A stretch of 64,000 nt of DNA from Octopus bimaculoides (lineage: Eukaryota), in contig NC_068988.1 of the NCBI RefSeq assembly GCF_001194135.2, forward strand, positions 72,823,104 to 72,887,103, read 5' to 3'. The notes under the pieces were generated by a model. The model searched no databases and was not told the origin of the DNA. It saw only the letters and a program-made list of their open reading frames with translations. How positions within the stretch are numbered: position 1 is the stretch's first letter; each line of letters starts with the position of its first letter. The position numbers were made by a program, and so were the translations under genes. Below are positions 63,645-64,000 of the stretch, piece by piece.

Positions 63645-64000
63645 AGTCTAGGCACAAGGCCTGAAATTTTGGGGGAGGGGGCTAGTCGATTAGATCAACT
63701 CCAGAATGCAGCTGGTACTTAATTTATGAACCCTGAAAGGATGAAAGGCAAAGTCAACCTCAACAGAATTTGAACTCAGAACATAAAGACATGAAATACC
63801 GCTAAGCATCTCGCCCAGCATGCTAACGTTTCTTATTTCTTTATTGCCCGCAAGGGGCTAAACATAGAGGGGACAAACAAGGACAGACAAAGGGATTAAG
63901 TCGATTACATCAACCCCAGTATGTAACTGGTACTTAATTTATCAACCCCGAAAGGATGAAAGGCAAAGTCAACCTCGGTGGAATTTGAACTCAGAATGTA
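63645..64000 (-). mobile_element. SINE family B, two adjacent copies
   Basis: Same motifs as 24760-24965; the second copy runs off the window. Confidence 0.8.

Overview
AT-rich, repeat-dense eukaryotic genomic DNA with eight N-gaps, most next to microsatellites. The SINE and RTE-LINE repertoire suggests an octopus; this is an inference, not a database result. Two protein genes are supported. (1) A GPR155/LYCHOS orthologue on the minus strand: I traced 10 coding exons with GT-AG ends and consistent phases (22685 to 2693, 1995 nt, 665 codons); the last TM segments and DEP domain should lie left of the window. (2) A complete, intronless DCTN4 (dynactin p62) ORF at 53083-54420 (+), probably a retrogene. 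The rest is tRNA-derived SINEs, RTE and CR1/L2-type LINE fragments, mariner/maT/pogo/hAT relics, MITE/foldback elements and Penelope-like relics. The main unannotated signal is five minimal type-I hammerhead ribozyme motifs (CUGANGA, stem II, GAAAC, tetraloop, GUH, stem I) from about four sequence families: 16551-16636 (-), 34219-34270 (+), 40246-40333 (+), 51610-51656 (-) and 52168-52214 (+). The first lies in the sense orientation in a GPR155 intron. The last two sit on opposite arms of a ~670-bp palindrome about 0.7-0.8 kb upstream of the DCTN4 retrogene. Repeat boundaries are approximate unless stated otherwise. Structures were read by eye, not computed.
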